DNA of 58,207 bases, filler included, from Sphacelaria rigidula (GCA_964200075.2; 6 parts of 6 records of this genome joined end to end with filler, not necessarily neighbours in it), one strand, 5' to 3'. Positions 1 to 12,579 are shown, numbered from the whole stretch's first letter. Translations and numbers: made by a program. The notes: a model not told the origin generated them from the sequence alone.

Positions 1-1004
1 TATGGCCGCTGACGTGGGCTTCATCGCAACCCGACCCCTGCTCCCAACTTCCTCACGATGTTGGCGGTGAAACCAGGTAGTAGCGCGGCAGACAGCGAGG
101 AGGAGTCGGATGCTGAGAGCTTGCCGGAGGCCGGGGACTTCTAAGCGGACAAGAGCACCCACCTGCAGCGGCGCGGTGAGCACTCAATGGTTTCAGTATT
201 TTGCGACATATACACGGAGGTAAAATAAAATCAACGTGCATGCTAATAGCGAGACGGCTCAGCACATCCCCTGGCGAGGGGCAGACCGTGTCCGTATCAC
301 CCGGCATTGAGTAGTCGAGGGTTGCGTTCTGTTCCACATCTGCTTGTTGGAAAATCTGTCACCCGTAGGACTCCCCGATGCTGACACGCATTAATTTCTT
401 TACATGCAATAAATAATATCATCGTGGAAAGACTAGCATCCGCACCGTTTGTGTTTGCGTTATTACCACGAGTAGTATTTCCGCGCATCATGCGCCTGCC
501 TCCCAACAGTGGTCATACGCGTATGGTGCCATGTCGATATCATGCCCCGCCACCCGCGGCAAGGGATGGCGCTGGAGTGGTAAATTCACAGACTCCGATA
601 CAACTAAAAATGAAAACACACGAGTAGAAAATAGAATGATGATGACAACCGTCCACATACAGAGGGAGATGCCCCCCCCCCCCCCGTAACCCAGATACTA
701 GCATTTGAGTTATTTTCCGAGAAAGTATAGCGGAAAATAGGAAAAGAAAATCATGTCTGGCTGGCATAGTTGTCGAGCAAGGGTGTGGGGGGCGTACAAA
801 ACTCACGGAAATTGTGTGGCAGGATATGGGGACTGCACCGCAAACCGTACCCGCAACCGGGTATGATATGAAGAGCGTACCCGGTCTCCTGGTAACGGTA
901 CGGGACGCTTACAGAACTCTTACGATTATCGGATGAGGGTTTGAAAGTGGTACCGAGTTATCAGAACTGTCGGGTACCAGTATTAATTTGCAGGGCACGG
1001 TAAA

Positions 1005-1150
1005 TTATTGAGTGATTGATTTGATGGTCGCGATTGAATTGACCCTCGAGGGATTCGGCGGTGGTCGCATGATGGACGCCCCCAAGGCACAACAAAAGTC
1101 GAAAACGACCCTGAGAACCGCTAGGAACAGAAAAAAACAAAAATCAGGAC
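1005..1150 (-). repeat. Interspersed repeat with (CAAT)n-like tail, probable retroposon 3' end (copy 1)
   Basis: GATTGAT-rich run followed by ..GTGGTCGCATGATGGACG..; same arrangement at ~21031-21240 and ~51696-51880; ends approximate. Confidence 0.5.
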
Positions 1151-2487
1151 GGTATAATAGACCAAGACGTGTACAAATAGAAGCATAAACATATGAAAAG
1201 GTATAAAATACCAGGGGAAATGCCTCGGGTGTACAGAGGACCGTGCCCTACAGAACACGACCTTGTAGAACCGCACGGCGACGAGATGAGGCGCGCGCGC
1301 AAGTAATGAAAAATCGCCGCAGATGAGAGTAATCACAACAATTCCCTACAATAGTGAGCATTGGGTCTGAAATAATGAATCTTCATGCTGAAAAATCACC
1401 GGAATTGAAGACGCCGTACCACTGACGTGCGCTCTTGTTACCGGGACTGGCGCAGGTATTCACGTCGGGCAGGTCTAACGTTTTACCGACTGTCCACGGG
1501 ACGAAGGGCGCCGCAGGATAGCAGGTCGTGACGGTTGACGGGAGGAAGTGCGACCGTCATGACGGGGCCGATGAAGCTGTACTGTAGTAACGCCGGTCAC
1601 TCGGTGATTATGCCGCGCAGATCTCAACGTCAGGACCCGGCGGCGAGTTTACTTGACGGCCGTGCTGAACGTGCCACGGTCCGCCCGTCAAGGGTGACGC
1701 CCGGCTAATTGTTGGGTGGTATAGTGGTGGCGATTGCCACGACAGACGAGGGCAATTTGTGTGGGAGCGCCCACAGTTGCGGGTCGCACGGTGCGACGGC
1801 ATTTATGCGGGGTGGGGGCGAAATATAGGCGAGGGTTTTCGTGTAGCGCAATGGCGCCGCCGTGCAGGGGCGTCGTTATTATTGTTGTAACACTCATTCC
1901 AGGTTGTATCAGTCATCGAGCGGTACGATGCATTAAAAATTTTCGGTACGTTTCCACGGCACGCAGCGGTTGGGAGATACGCGCGAGGGACGGCAGGGCA
2001 CGCCAAACCTCTGTTGCGTTTTGCGACATGTGCTGTAGTGCGGTGTGCACGGCTAGCTACCGCCAAGCGATCGCGTGCGCACCGACGATCCCCTCTATTT
2101 TCTTCTCTTTGATTTTCGTTGTATCGTTACCACTTTAAATCATTTTTTTTTCCTGTTTGGTATCGCATTTGTGTGATTTATTTTTCGTACAATTTGTTTT
2201 TTAAATTTATTTCGTCCCATGATCGGGTTCTTCGTCCTTCACGGCGGCAAGCGTCCGAGTGATATGCTCGGGTACAGAGCGATGTCCTGATGTCGGTACG
2301 ATCTAAAATGTAAGGACAGCAACAATATCTACAACCACAACGACAAATTGGGCACACTGACCGTGCTTCACCAACAATCCACATCCCCGCGAGTATACAA
2401 ACACCCATCAAAATACTGATCGCCACAAATATCGGGTCCCGAGCGTTGGGGGGTCATGATAATACAAGAGGCCAAGGTCCTCCCCGG

Positions 2488-2744
2488 CAGCAACGATACG
2501 GTAGGGGTGAACTTTTTCCGCAGTCTTGTCTGCTTCAGGGGGTCTTAACGATTGTAGGTGCCCAAGAATATGGTTCCGGGCATCCCCGCCTATAAATTCA
2601 TTCGGGATATCCCTAGCACATCGAGAAATATTCCTCGCGTACTCTAACGTATTTCATAACTCGTGTTCGGGATAAGATGAAGAGCTCCTAACAATTCTAA
2701 CCTCAGAAAAAAAAACGTTGTGCACCCCTACCGTAATATCACTC
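2488..2744. mobile_element. MITE with ~25-bp TIRs and 4-bp TSD CCGG (Sola2-like ends)
   Basis: CAGCAACGATACGGTAGGGGTG ... CACCCCTACCGTAATATCACTC flanked by CCGG at 2484-2487 and 2745-2748; interior is the reverse complement of 44891-45147 (both 257 bp). Confidence 0.85.
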
Positions 2745-3764
2745 CCGGCCTTCGCAGGCGGTGCCTCGTGCATTCATGCCGCGATGCGAAGCGATGCCGA
2801 ACCGGCCATGAAAATTCCGCCTGTACCTCGGCTGTACCTTTTCCCATCACTTGGCGCCGAGGATATTAAAGTTCTCCGTACCCCTGCGCCGCCGGAACAA
2901 GCGGTGAAAAGACTCGTGCGCCGTCTTTGCTTAGAATTACCTGGAACAGTCGATTGCACTGCGCAGTACTGTCGCCGCACATAATGCCGCCACGGGCTTA
3001 TGAAATATCCCAGACAAGTCTCAGAGAGAGATGTCGGTCGCAATTACTTTCGTCGCGGAAGGCACGCTCCACGGTGTTGCAGGGACTGCACCAGGAGTAC
3101 GGGTTGGCGTTACTGCCGCCAGATATTTTATCACTGCCCATGCTTCCTGTTTATCCCCGCGGTATTCCGCATTGTGCCTACCTTGACATTTGCTCTGAAG
3201 ATGTGTACTACATATAGTATAAAAAAATGTTGTCGCAATACAAACCACTTGCGATACTGTCTGCAGTATACCTGTCGCGAGAGGTTGTTGCCCAGGGTGG
3301 CGAAAATTGCATACTAAGAGCAAATGAAAACGGCGTGAGGTCCGCAAAACACAGATAGCGTGCCTGTCAGGGAAACGTCAATTTCTTGACTTGGAACCAT
3401 CACGTCGGAGAATATCCGGTTGATTGTGATAAAATAAAACTACAAGAACGTCTCCTATCATTCTCACGCCGCCGTGATAAGGCGAACGCCAACTCTGGCA
3501 CTGTAAGAGAAGAGACGTTCCCCTCTGCCGGAGCAGGTTCGCAGTGCTCCTCGGCTGAACACACTCTCCTCTTTGGCTACTCTACGCGGCCCCGTCTTGC
3601 TCCACCCGGCGCCTAAACCCCAACGGAATCTTCCCCTAACATATGGAGAACCTTCACTATTGAGCATTTCCCGTCTTGGTCCCACTCTCAATCGCCAGGG
3701 GGCCGAGGCAGACAACAAGGCTGGGAAGATATGCCCCTGGCTCAGCACGGGTTTGATATCATCA

Positions 3765-4015
3765 CCCTCTAGAACTGTCATTAGGAAGTGTTTTAGTTTT
3801 CGGAACAGCTTCAGCGTCGTGCAAAATCGTTGTTGCAGGCCACGCTGCGCCGAAAACGCATTGGATCGCCGCAACTGCTGCGTCGACACATAGCTTCTGC
3901 TTCAACCCACACATACATCAACTCTCAGCTTCATCAGACGCCAGGTGTGCTGTGTTGGAGCGCCTTTTCTCCGAAAATACCGCCTCCATAATATTGAAAA
4001 GGAATAACACTGCTA
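3765..4015. repeat. Diverged direct repeat, copy 1 (copy 2 at ~5070-5320); possible decayed TE coding sequence on the minus strand
   Basis: Shared blocks include CGCCAGGTGTGCTG, AAAATACCGCCTCCATA.TATTGAAAAGG and TGCTGCGTC.ACA. Confidence 0.7.
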
Positions 4016-5069
4016 TTCTGGACTCCAGTCTACACCTTTCGGTATACATGGGAGTATCAGCCGGGGTCACACAGGAGGAAGGCCAACAAAAGAGCTTTTT
4101 CTTTTCTTCGTTTTATTTCAGTACTTCACCTTTCTTCTGCGGTGCTTGCCTTACTTTTGCTCGCGAGAGGGGTTCAGCAGTCTCTTCCCCTCGTCGACCA
4201 TGGAGTCGATTTTGTGGAGGTACTATACAAAGGTCATAATTCATTACCCGTGGGATCCTTTGGAGATTGACATGCTCCGAGGCGTGAAGTATGCTGAGAC
4301 AAGAGGGGCAGACTCGTTGGAAAAGACGGGTTAACGCCAGCACTGCAGGGTGAGGCTATAGACAATCGTGCAGGCCCAGGCGCCCGGATGGAAAAGGATG
4401 CATGTTTCTGCGGAGGGAGGAAGGAAGCACTTGGTACAACAAATGTATCGCGGCCTGGTAATACACGACGAGATTGGCACTGTGCTTCTGGCCGGCCGTA
4501 CAACGACCACGGTATCACTGACTGCATGATGCGAACCACTCCTGAGCAGGGCTAGAATTAGAATACCCACGTTCTATTCTTGAAAATTGAAACCTGCACT
4601 CTGTTCTATTCTGGAACCGTGTGAAATGATGAAAGAAAAAACGCAAAAGGGCTACTCGTATCACGCGCGTGTCAGAGAAAGCTCAAGATATTCACGTGGG
4701 AACGTTCGCGCTAAGAATTTCCGGCTGATTCTCATCGAAGAATACTACAGCAACCACCCCTGTCCTCGTCAGACCGCCACGATAGCCGGCCATTAAGTCT
4801 GGAACTGTGAGGGAGGACACGTTGCCCCGTGCCCGAACAGGTCCACAGTGATCCTCGGCATAACACACGCCTCTTTCTCTTCGGGTACGTTGTACGGCCG
4901 CGTCTCGACACGCCCTATAAACATGAAACCCATGGGCGTCTACCTCATACGGCGAACCGTGAGTGGTGGTTCTTTCCAGACTTGCTGCCGGCCTCGATCG
5001 ACAAGCGGCCGACCTAAACGACAACGCGGGCAAGATTTGCCGCTGCCTCCGCGCGGATTCACATCGTTT

Positions 5070-5320
5070 CCCTCGATAATTGTCATTGGAAAAGTGATAT
5101 AATGTTCCGAAATACCTCAGCATCGTGCATAATCATCCTTTCAAGCCACGCAGCGCACAAAACGCCTGGGTCGCCGGAAGTGCTGCGTCAACAATAACCT
5201 ACGGCTTCAAGCCGCACATATGTGAAGTTTGAACACCATTAAACGCCAGGTGTGCTGCATTTGGGCGCCCAAACTCCCAAAATACCGCCTCCATATTATT
5301 GAAAAGGGACAACACCGGTG
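5070..5320. repeat. Diverged direct repeat, copy 2 of ~3765-4015
   Basis: Same collinear blocks as copy 1. Confidence 0.7.
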
Positions 5321-5598
5321 TCGTACCATGCTACCGACAACAAGGGTGTGTACGTTCCGAAAGGTATTTCAGAGATTTTCAATTTGAAACATGTCGTGCG
5401 CTCTCTCGTATCGTAGTTGTAGGTATCTTCGTGATTGACAGCCAACGCCTCTTGGCCTTCCTATGATATACTGCACGTATAGTACAATAGTACAAAACAA
5501 GCAGGAGAGACAACAGTCACTACATGCACAAACAGGGGAGAGGCGGAGCCGCGTGTTGACGGTGGTATTTTAGTACATTGTAAAGTTGCACCACTCAC

Positions 5599-5877
5599 CC
5601 GGAGCTTCACCGGCTCCAAAAACTCCTCTAGCCCTCGCATCGGCAGCCGCACCTTGGCAGAACGCGGGCCCGTCAAGCCCCTTCTCAGCGTGGATAGTTC
5701 CGCTACCTGTTGCCTGCTGTTGTAACATGGTCCTCCTTGTGGGCTACCAGTGGTTTGCCTCAAGCGCTCTCGCGCTCTGGGCCAAACAGCGGCCAGCAGC
5801 CGGCTGCCGGGAGTGCTCTGTGTTGTTGCAGCGTTCCGTCCGAAACATGAAAGCAAAGTTCCACGCAATGCCGACAT
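5599..5877 (-). CDS. Probable first coding exon of mitochondrial ribosomal protein uL29m (MRPL47-like)
   Basis: ATG at 5877; Arg/Ser/Ala-rich presequence-like N-terminus followed by RGLEEF, the motif opening the MRP-L47 domain; phase-0 donor CGG|GTGAGT; the next exon was not found in this contig. Confidence 0.55.
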
Positions 5878-6255
5878 GGCTCTGCAAAAGAAACTGGGAT
5901 ACTGCTACACTATACTGTACTGTGCTACTGTATGGTTCAGACTTTCCTGTTACTTCCCAGCCTTCTCCATCCAGCTGTCCCTGTGTGCGGCGCGAAAGCC
6001 AGTTCACATATTGCATAATGACAATATACTTGCGTTGTGCCCATCGTATATCGTTTTGTCTCGTTCATAGTTTTATCAACGGGAACTGAGTAAACATGAG
6101 CGAAAGTATGAAATAAAACCATGAAAAATACGCCGTCTGCCCAGATCCGACGGTCCGCCCGACTAGCTTGTCAATCAGCTGTCCCAGCGTGTACATCGAG
6201 CCATTCGATTTGGTCAAAGTCTAGATTACGCCACTTAGTTTTTTTTCAGGCAATC

Positions 6256-6468
6256 ATGAAGGGGGCGGTACTGATGGCGTTGACTGTAACCACTGTCCTG
6301 GCTTTGTTCGTCGCGAGGAGCGTTGGGATCACCCACGAACACCTAACCTTTGACCCGCCGTTTAGGGATGTGGATCACTATGGCAAGAGAATGGTCGGGA
6401 TTGATTGGGACATGAGCGGCGCCGCCAAGGCTTTGAAGAACTTTGTGAGGCTCACTCCTGACTTGCAG
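6256..6468 (+). CDS. First coding exon of an L-type (legume-like) lectin, VIP36/LMAN2/ERGIC-53 family
   Basis: Signal-peptide-like MKGAVLMALTVTTVLALFVARSVG, then TFDPPF...G...WDMSGAA....FVRLTPDLQ; phase-0 donor CAG|GTACTG; 71 codons. Confidence 0.8.
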
Positions 6469-7016
6469 GTACTGTACTCTACTGTTGTGGTGTTCTGTAC
6501 GTAGAGAAAGTAGTACATACCCCGCTGTGCACCGAGTACAATTGGGCGTTGTACTGCAGGCTTTCGGCAACGGTAATGCCGGTTGAATTTGCGTCCCTTC
6601 CATGCACGAACGATACCGTAAAGCACACCGTACAGTAGGGTCATGGTTGTTCATCATAGCGTGATATGCATGTACAGTAGTATACAACTACAAAATGACT
6701 GTGTGCTGCAGCTGTGTCTGTTGCCTGTTATATGCCGTGTGCTGCAGCTATTCATCCTATGTTGATTTCCCGCAAAGAGTCAACAGCTTACCCGTGAAGT
6801 ACCGCTGGTTAACCGTTTCGGAGCCCAGCCCCCAAGAGGTCGTTGTGTTCTTGTTTCCCTTCTTTGCCAGGAGTTCGGAATAGTTGTTTTTGGTGGAGAG
6901 ACAATGCCTATACAGCAAGGGACATTGCCACACATAACCTCCGCATAAGAGGTATTCGTACGTAGACCGCGACCAGCGGCGTAGCCGTCTCAGAACAGTA
7001 AATTTGAATTTTGTTC

Positions 7017-7370
7017 AAGCTGGTTCACACTTCACAGCCATCACCCAGAATTGTGTAATCAGCAAATGCATTTCGCAGTACCTACCCAATAGTCGCATAC
7101 ATGATGTCATACTGACCACCATGAACAGCTGAAGAGCGTGACAGAGCGTAACATAGCCGGATTTGTATTAAGGCCATACTGGTAGCTGTAAGGGCGAAAA
7201 GGTACTTCCAATCGGCGCCCTTCAAATTGTTCTGAAATTGAGAACACGAATTCCAAGCCTAATTTTCATTTATTCTCCACATGCTTCAAATCGTAGTAAC
7301 CGCCATCAGCTCGAAAATCCAATGGGGGAAACAGATTTGAAAACGGTTACAACGGGGTCGAGTCACATCG
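7017..7370. repeat. Unclassified interspersed repeat shared with ~34087-34425
   Basis: Collinear blocks GCTGGTTCAC, AATAGTCGCATACATG, ATGCTTCAAATCGT.GTAACCG and TGAAAACGGT.ACAACGGGGTC in both copies. Confidence 0.75.
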
Positions 7371-7438
7371 CACCAATTTTGAAAGTCCATTTCTCAAATT
7401 CGAGCGTAGCGGGGCGTCTTAGAAATCGGGCCAGGCGA

Positions 7439-7570
7439 AACTCAGGACAGTACTTTGCAGGCCATTTACGGGCCCAGATTTGGTACTTGTGTTTTGATTT
7501 GTAGTGCGCAACTCGGAACAGTACTTTGCAGACCATTCACCGGCCCAGGTTTGGTGCTTGCGTTGTGAAA
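7439..7570. repeat. Two-unit diverged tandem repeat (~71-bp period)
   Basis: AACTC.G.ACAGTACTTTGCAG.CCATT.AC.GGCCCAG.TTTGGT.CTTG occurs twice. Confidence 0.75.
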
Positions 7571-8254
7571 TTTCGTGTGGGACCTCGCTAGGCCATGATT
7601 AACCAAACAAAGTGAGACAGGTTGTGTTTTCATTTCTTTTTGACCCGTTTAGGCAGTTCTAGTATAGTAAAGACCATATGTTCACGACAGCGCCGATACA
7701 TCTCCAAGACAAAAACAAGAATTAGAGGCCCAGGTTTCTTTGTGGCATGCCTTTGTGATTTTCCATGCTAAATTTCAAATCACGATTTGAAAATTGAACA
7801 AAAAAACTGAGATAATGTCCGAGAACATTGTCCATTTTCCCTTGAAACTCCCCTAAAAAGACGAAAACAAAATTTTAAAAATGAAGAAAGCTGTTTTCAA
7901 TTTATTATGCAGTAGTGATAAACCACACGAAATTTCAAAGCACAACTCTCAAAAACTAACTTAGACGCGATATCCAGCTGTAGTTCATTTTGTGCATCTG
8001 CTTGTAATCTACTTCGTGGTGATTTTTGTATAGAACCTTATGTGCGCCATATCTCAAAATAGATAACGAATCAGGCGGAGGTGAGGATAGCCATTGTTTC
8101 CCCGTCTCCAGGGAATGTCGTCACCAAAATTGCCATCATCCGCTGGATATCATTCGGGGTTTCATTTAGGATGGACGCTATCCCCGCACGGTATAGGAAT
8201 TACTAGACATAGGGTTTAATGAACGAGAAAAAATTGGCCCAGACTTTTGAGCAG

Positions 8255-8373
8255 ATGGGCACCTTCCCCTTGATTGGACGATCAATACGATACGTGGATC
8301 ACGGCCCAACTCGTCTGTGTCGATGATGTATTGCTTGGAGAGTTCAAGTCCGCGTGTAGGCCGGCCTAGCTCG
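8255..8373 (-). mobile_element. End of a TA-flanked TIR element (family of 17638-18240)
   Basis: Ends in GCCGGCCTAGCTCG|TA; reverse-complement homology to 22402-22520. Confidence 0.6.
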
Positions 8374-9620
8374 TATAGTTTTCCAAACGTATTGTGAGTA
8401 CGAGTAGTGTTCAGTGTACTGAGTGGTGCGGCAAAAGTACTACACTGTCTTCCCCTTGTCCTGAAGCAACAAAAAAAATCCGAACCCTGGCATTATACAA
8501 GTGAGTTTTGCGCGCGCAAAAAGTTACCAGGCTATCTGTCATTATCACGGTTGCATCGACCGCTCATAACAACGGCATTGTTGCTCTTGCGTGTCTATGA
8601 TTGTCGATGCAGGGTGACGTGTGTAGCGTGCTCCACAATCTGCTTCGTTCACGGGGACACCAGTGATTGAAATTGAAACTACGACTCCACAGCGGGGCCA
8701 ACTTGTCATAACCAATGAAAGTGCTTGCACTTTGGATCCTCTGGGCATTTCTTCTCACACGATTAACCCTTTTGGGACCGGACCCCACTAACACCGGGTT
8801 GGCCCTGTCTTAGTGGAATAATAAGAAATAGGATCGAGCGACCTGCCAAATCACGGCGAGGCGAAATTCATCGACCAGACCCGAACGACTAGCGCGGGGA
8901 CTGTTGGCGAATGTGATGCCACTGCACAGATCGTGTGGGGGGCCTTTCCCTGGCCCAGATAAGCCTCCGCAAGTTTCCAAGTGCCGGGTGGTCGCAGCTT
9001 GGTTCTATGGTATCACTTGCACTCAGTACAGCGTTCCCGAGTTTTTCCGGAGTGTCTTTTGGGTCCCAATTCTATGCTGAAACGTAGTAATTTACACCAA
9101 CACAAGGTGGAGCGGAAAAAACCGGGAAGGAGTGTACATGCTTCAATGTGGTCATTTTCACGAGGCGCTAAACCTGGGTGGGCCGTGGAAAGACAAAAGG
9201 ATCTACCGTCATGACTTCTGCTTATCCCTCTACCGATGACCTGCAGTGTGCAGTTAACATGAATGTAGTGGGCGGGGATGGAAAAGCGGTATATAGGCAG
9301 TTGATCTCGGTGGCTGAGAATTGCCCAAAACGTGCAAGGGAGTATGCAACGGCAGCTGCTGCTGCGGTCGGGGAAGCGTACTGCACTGTACTTGTACTTA
9401 CTATACTGTGTGTATGCGCGCCGCAACGCTGATGTACCCTTCGAAGACAAGTTGCCGCATGCAACAAAGAGGGGAATGGCGGCCCACCTCGACCACAAGG
9501 AGCTTTGTGGCAAAGTGATGGAGACAATAATATCATCCAAAGCCACAAGTGGCGGGCGGCCCGCCGGTCGCCGTATCCTGTCGGAAGCTCTCTACCGCGA
9601 CCCATGCTGCTAGCTACATC

Positions 9621-9720
9621 NNNNNNNNNNNNNNNNNNNNNNNNNNNNNNNNNNNNNNNNNNNNTTAATTAATTAANNNNNNNNNNNNNNNNNNNNNNNN
9701 NNNNNNNNNNNNNNNNNNNN
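9621..9720. other. Artificial contig spacer N44-TTAATTAATTAA-N44
   Basis: Exactly 100 bp; the palindromic 12-mer gives stops in all six frames; identical to the other four spacers. Confidence 0.97.
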
Positions 9721-10200
9721 CATCCGACGGAATCCACAAAACATCACTACTGCCAACACGCACACGAAACAAACCACCATCAGCCAAAGCAGCTTGGCCG
9801 AAAGTTGTAGGAAAAGAATGAACACCGTCGCCGACTGTTTTGCGCTGCGCGGTACGAATGACATCTAACGAGGGCAGCGCAGCATCGGCATCACACGGGC
9901 TGTATACGGCAACAGAACGAACAGGCACGGTAGGAACCTTCACCAAGCGAGCTTTACCTGGCGTAAACAAACCGTCAGGCGTGACGGTCGTGAAGGTCTC
10001 CTGAGCCTCCGGCGCCAGAGGCATCTGCCAATACCCCTGTAGCAGGTCCAACTTGCCGAAGTATTGGGCTCCCAGCAACTCCCGTATGTCTTCTTGGCTT
10101 GGCATCACCCCGGGAGACTGTTCCACTTGCGCGTTCACCACCTAATTGTCGCTGACCAAACGGAATGTGTCCCTCTTTGTCACCGCCATCGCCGGACTCG
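9721..10200 (-). pseudogene. Gypsy pol fragment: N-terminal half of RT fused to a pre-integrase linker
   Basis: LLGAQYFGKLDLLQGYWQMPLAPEAQETFTTVTPDGLFTP runs directly into ...LPSLDVIRTAQ...VLWIPSD; no YxDD motif or RNase H between them. Confidence 0.8.
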
Positions 10201-10447
10201 CCCACACAGCCTGAATCTTCCTAACCAACAAACACCACACAGCGCACGACGAGATGTATCCACGCGACGAGCCAAAATATCACGCAGACAATGTGCGCCA
10301 TCGGCGCTCAGACCCCCCTGCATGGCCTGCTGCACGCTATCTTCAAGCGCACGTTCTTTCGGACCTCTTTCCTCCGCTGGGTCCATGCAAATGTCCGGCC
10401 CCCGATCGACCAAGCGCTCCACCGCTTCATCCGCAGGAGCCTACTCC

Positions 10448-11002
10448 TCATCGTATAGGTATGATCACACGCTTTGCAGCAAGATAGCTGGGATTTTCCC
10501 CACCGGTTTGCACCGGCACAGCACGCGGACGTGACTTCTCCAATGCCAGCGGGTACAATTCAATCCCAAGCTCCTTCATCGTCGCCATCTCAAATAGAAC
10601 CACGTTGTCGCTATCGGGCATGGCAGCGAAAATAATGGATTGCAACTCCACAGCCCCCCACGGCGTACGCACGCTAACAGTAATCGGCACCGTTTTATGT
10701 GTAACCGTCACGGGAGCACCCGTGGCGGTCTGTGCTGTTTGCGGTCCGTTCTCAAGCGGAATCTGCAGCTGAGCGCCGCCGAACTGCGAAGACATTTGTC
10801 CAAGCAACCCTACACCGATCGACGTGAGCGCGGACCCAGAATCCAGAATAACGCGGGCCATGAACGAACCTGCGGAACCAGGCAAGGAAAGATCTGCGCG
10901 TAGGCATTCAGTCTTGCGACCGACAGGTACCACGCCTGCCGATAAACCCTGCTCGGTACCAAGAGCCACCTGACGCCAGGGCTGCCCTCCAGCAGTTGAC
11001 AT
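10448..11002 (-). pseudogene. Retropepsin-type aspartic protease of the Gypsy element
   Basis: Catalytic motif VILDSGSA and a downstream VVLFEMATMKELG resembling the ILGxD/x box. Confidence 0.8.
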
Positions 11003-11044
11003 CGATAACTGCGAATCGTCGGTCCAACCAGACCAAGTCGCCGA

Positions 11045-12193
11045 TTATGCAGACGGAGCTGTTAAAGCCGTCGCAGCAGTAGGAGAGGAACCAGACACGG
11101 ATCCTGCCTGGCCGAGGAGTTGCGAACTATTCGCTCCCGTACTCCCCACTGAAGTATTTGTATTTCCCACGTACACTGTCCTCCACGCTACGGACGAACC
11201 ATAAGATCCAGAGTCACCACCTGATGACGTAGTAGAAGACACCGCAGCGGCGGAACCACCATCCGCCGCCGATTGCTTGCTACCGCGGCCGCTGCGCCCG
11301 CGTCCCTGATTGGCACGGCCCCGTCCACCATGACGACCGCCCCGGGATCTTGATGAATCTCGCGCATTACCCTGTGCAACGCCTTGAGCGCGAGGCTTGG
11401 GGCAATCCCTGATCACATGTCCGGTGTCGCCGCAGCTATGACACGCGCGAGTGGACAACGCCCGCGAAGACGGCTGCTGTTTCTGTTGTTGTTGCTGTTT
11501 GCGGCGCATACCACCTGCACTTGTTGGATCATCGCGCCGGCTCGGTACTTCAATGAACTTCCACTGGTCGGTGGCATAAAAAGTCGTGCTGAACACCACT
11601 GTCGGATTCATTTTCCAGCCGCCAACATACGTTACTACACTTCTAACATACGCCTTGAATTCCGGAGGCGAAATCCCGTCCATCAAAGCTATGAAAACCG
11701 ACTCGGCCGGGCCTGGCAACCAGCTCCTGTCCTCCGCACGGTACATGGCTTGCACCGTGAGGTTTCCTGCAAAACACTTTTCCACTGATGAAGTGACCAT
11801 CATCGCACGATCCTTCACGGATTTCTCACCGCTTTGTGGCATAATAAGAACTCTACGCAGGTCTGCTGCAGCCCACGCAGTGTCATGCTTGCCGCCGGTT
11901 GTGGTGTACCCGGCATGCTGCTTCACAGCATCTGGCAATTCGTCGGGGATCTTAGCCCGACGGTCCTTGTACATATCTTCAAAACACCGATGAATGTTTG
12001 TAGGGATGAGTTGTCCGATGCCCACCCTGGTATGCCTTACGATTCCTGTTGCATTGGCCAGATGCAACCCCTTTAGATAGTCAAGGTATGCTGCGGAAAA
12101 AACGCTTGGTGCCTCCTCTGTCCACACTTCGCCATACTTTAGCGGTTCTAAAGGCTCATCTGACACCAGCGGTGCTGCCGCCGCTTGAGTCAT
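11045..12193 (-). CDS. Gypsy Gag ORF (382 aa; N-terminus frameshifted upstream)
   Basis: CCHC zinc knuckle CHSCGDTGHVIRDC followed by an RG-rich tract, upstream of the protease. Confidence 0.8.
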   Translation of the reverse strand: MTQAAAAPLVSDEPLEPLKYGEVWTEEAPSVFSAAYLDYLKGLHLANATGIVRHTRVGIGQLIPTNIHRCFEDMYKDRRAKIPDELPDAVKQHAGYTTTGGKHDTAWAAADLRRVLIMPQSGEKSVKDRAMMVTSSVEKCFAGNLTVQAMYRAEDRSWLPGPAESVFIALMDGISPPEFKAYVRSVVTYVGGWKMNPTVVFSTTFYATDQWKFIEVPSRRDDPTSAGGMRRKQQQQQKQQPSSRALSTRACHSCGDTGHVIRDCPKPRAQGVAQGNARDSSRSRGGRHGGRGRANQGRGRSGRGSKQSAADGGSAAAVSSTTSSGGDSGSYGSSVAWRTVYVGNTNTSVGSTGANSSQLLGQAGSVSGSSPTAATALTAPSA

Positions 12194-12579
12194 GTCAACT
12201 AGAATTCAACACTTCACTGAGAGACTCTTGCCTGACTTGTGCATCCTCCAGCCCACGGAGCGTCCCCACTGCTGGGCGCTTCAAGTTGTCTCTCTGTCTG
12301 CGGGCTAAACTGGCTTCCAGCTGCTGCCCACTTCTCTCCTCAGCCAAACTCCTCTGACAGAGTGCCGGGAGAATATCTTGATATTATAGCCTCTGCCAGA
12401 CGAGATGGACAAGAGGACGTTCAACGAGGGACAACTCCAGTAGCACTGGCTTCGTGCTCGACAAGTCCTTTCTTCTCACTTGTTGGTATCCCGGAGTGAT
12501 CTTCAACAGACCACATCACAAGCCAGCAGAAAGGGACCACACAGATAAGGGTCATCAATTCAGGATCCCCTGTCCCCCG

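Noticed and set aside
9107..9240. Second exon of the lectin gene
   Set aside because: No frame gives the expected continuation of the L-type lectin domain
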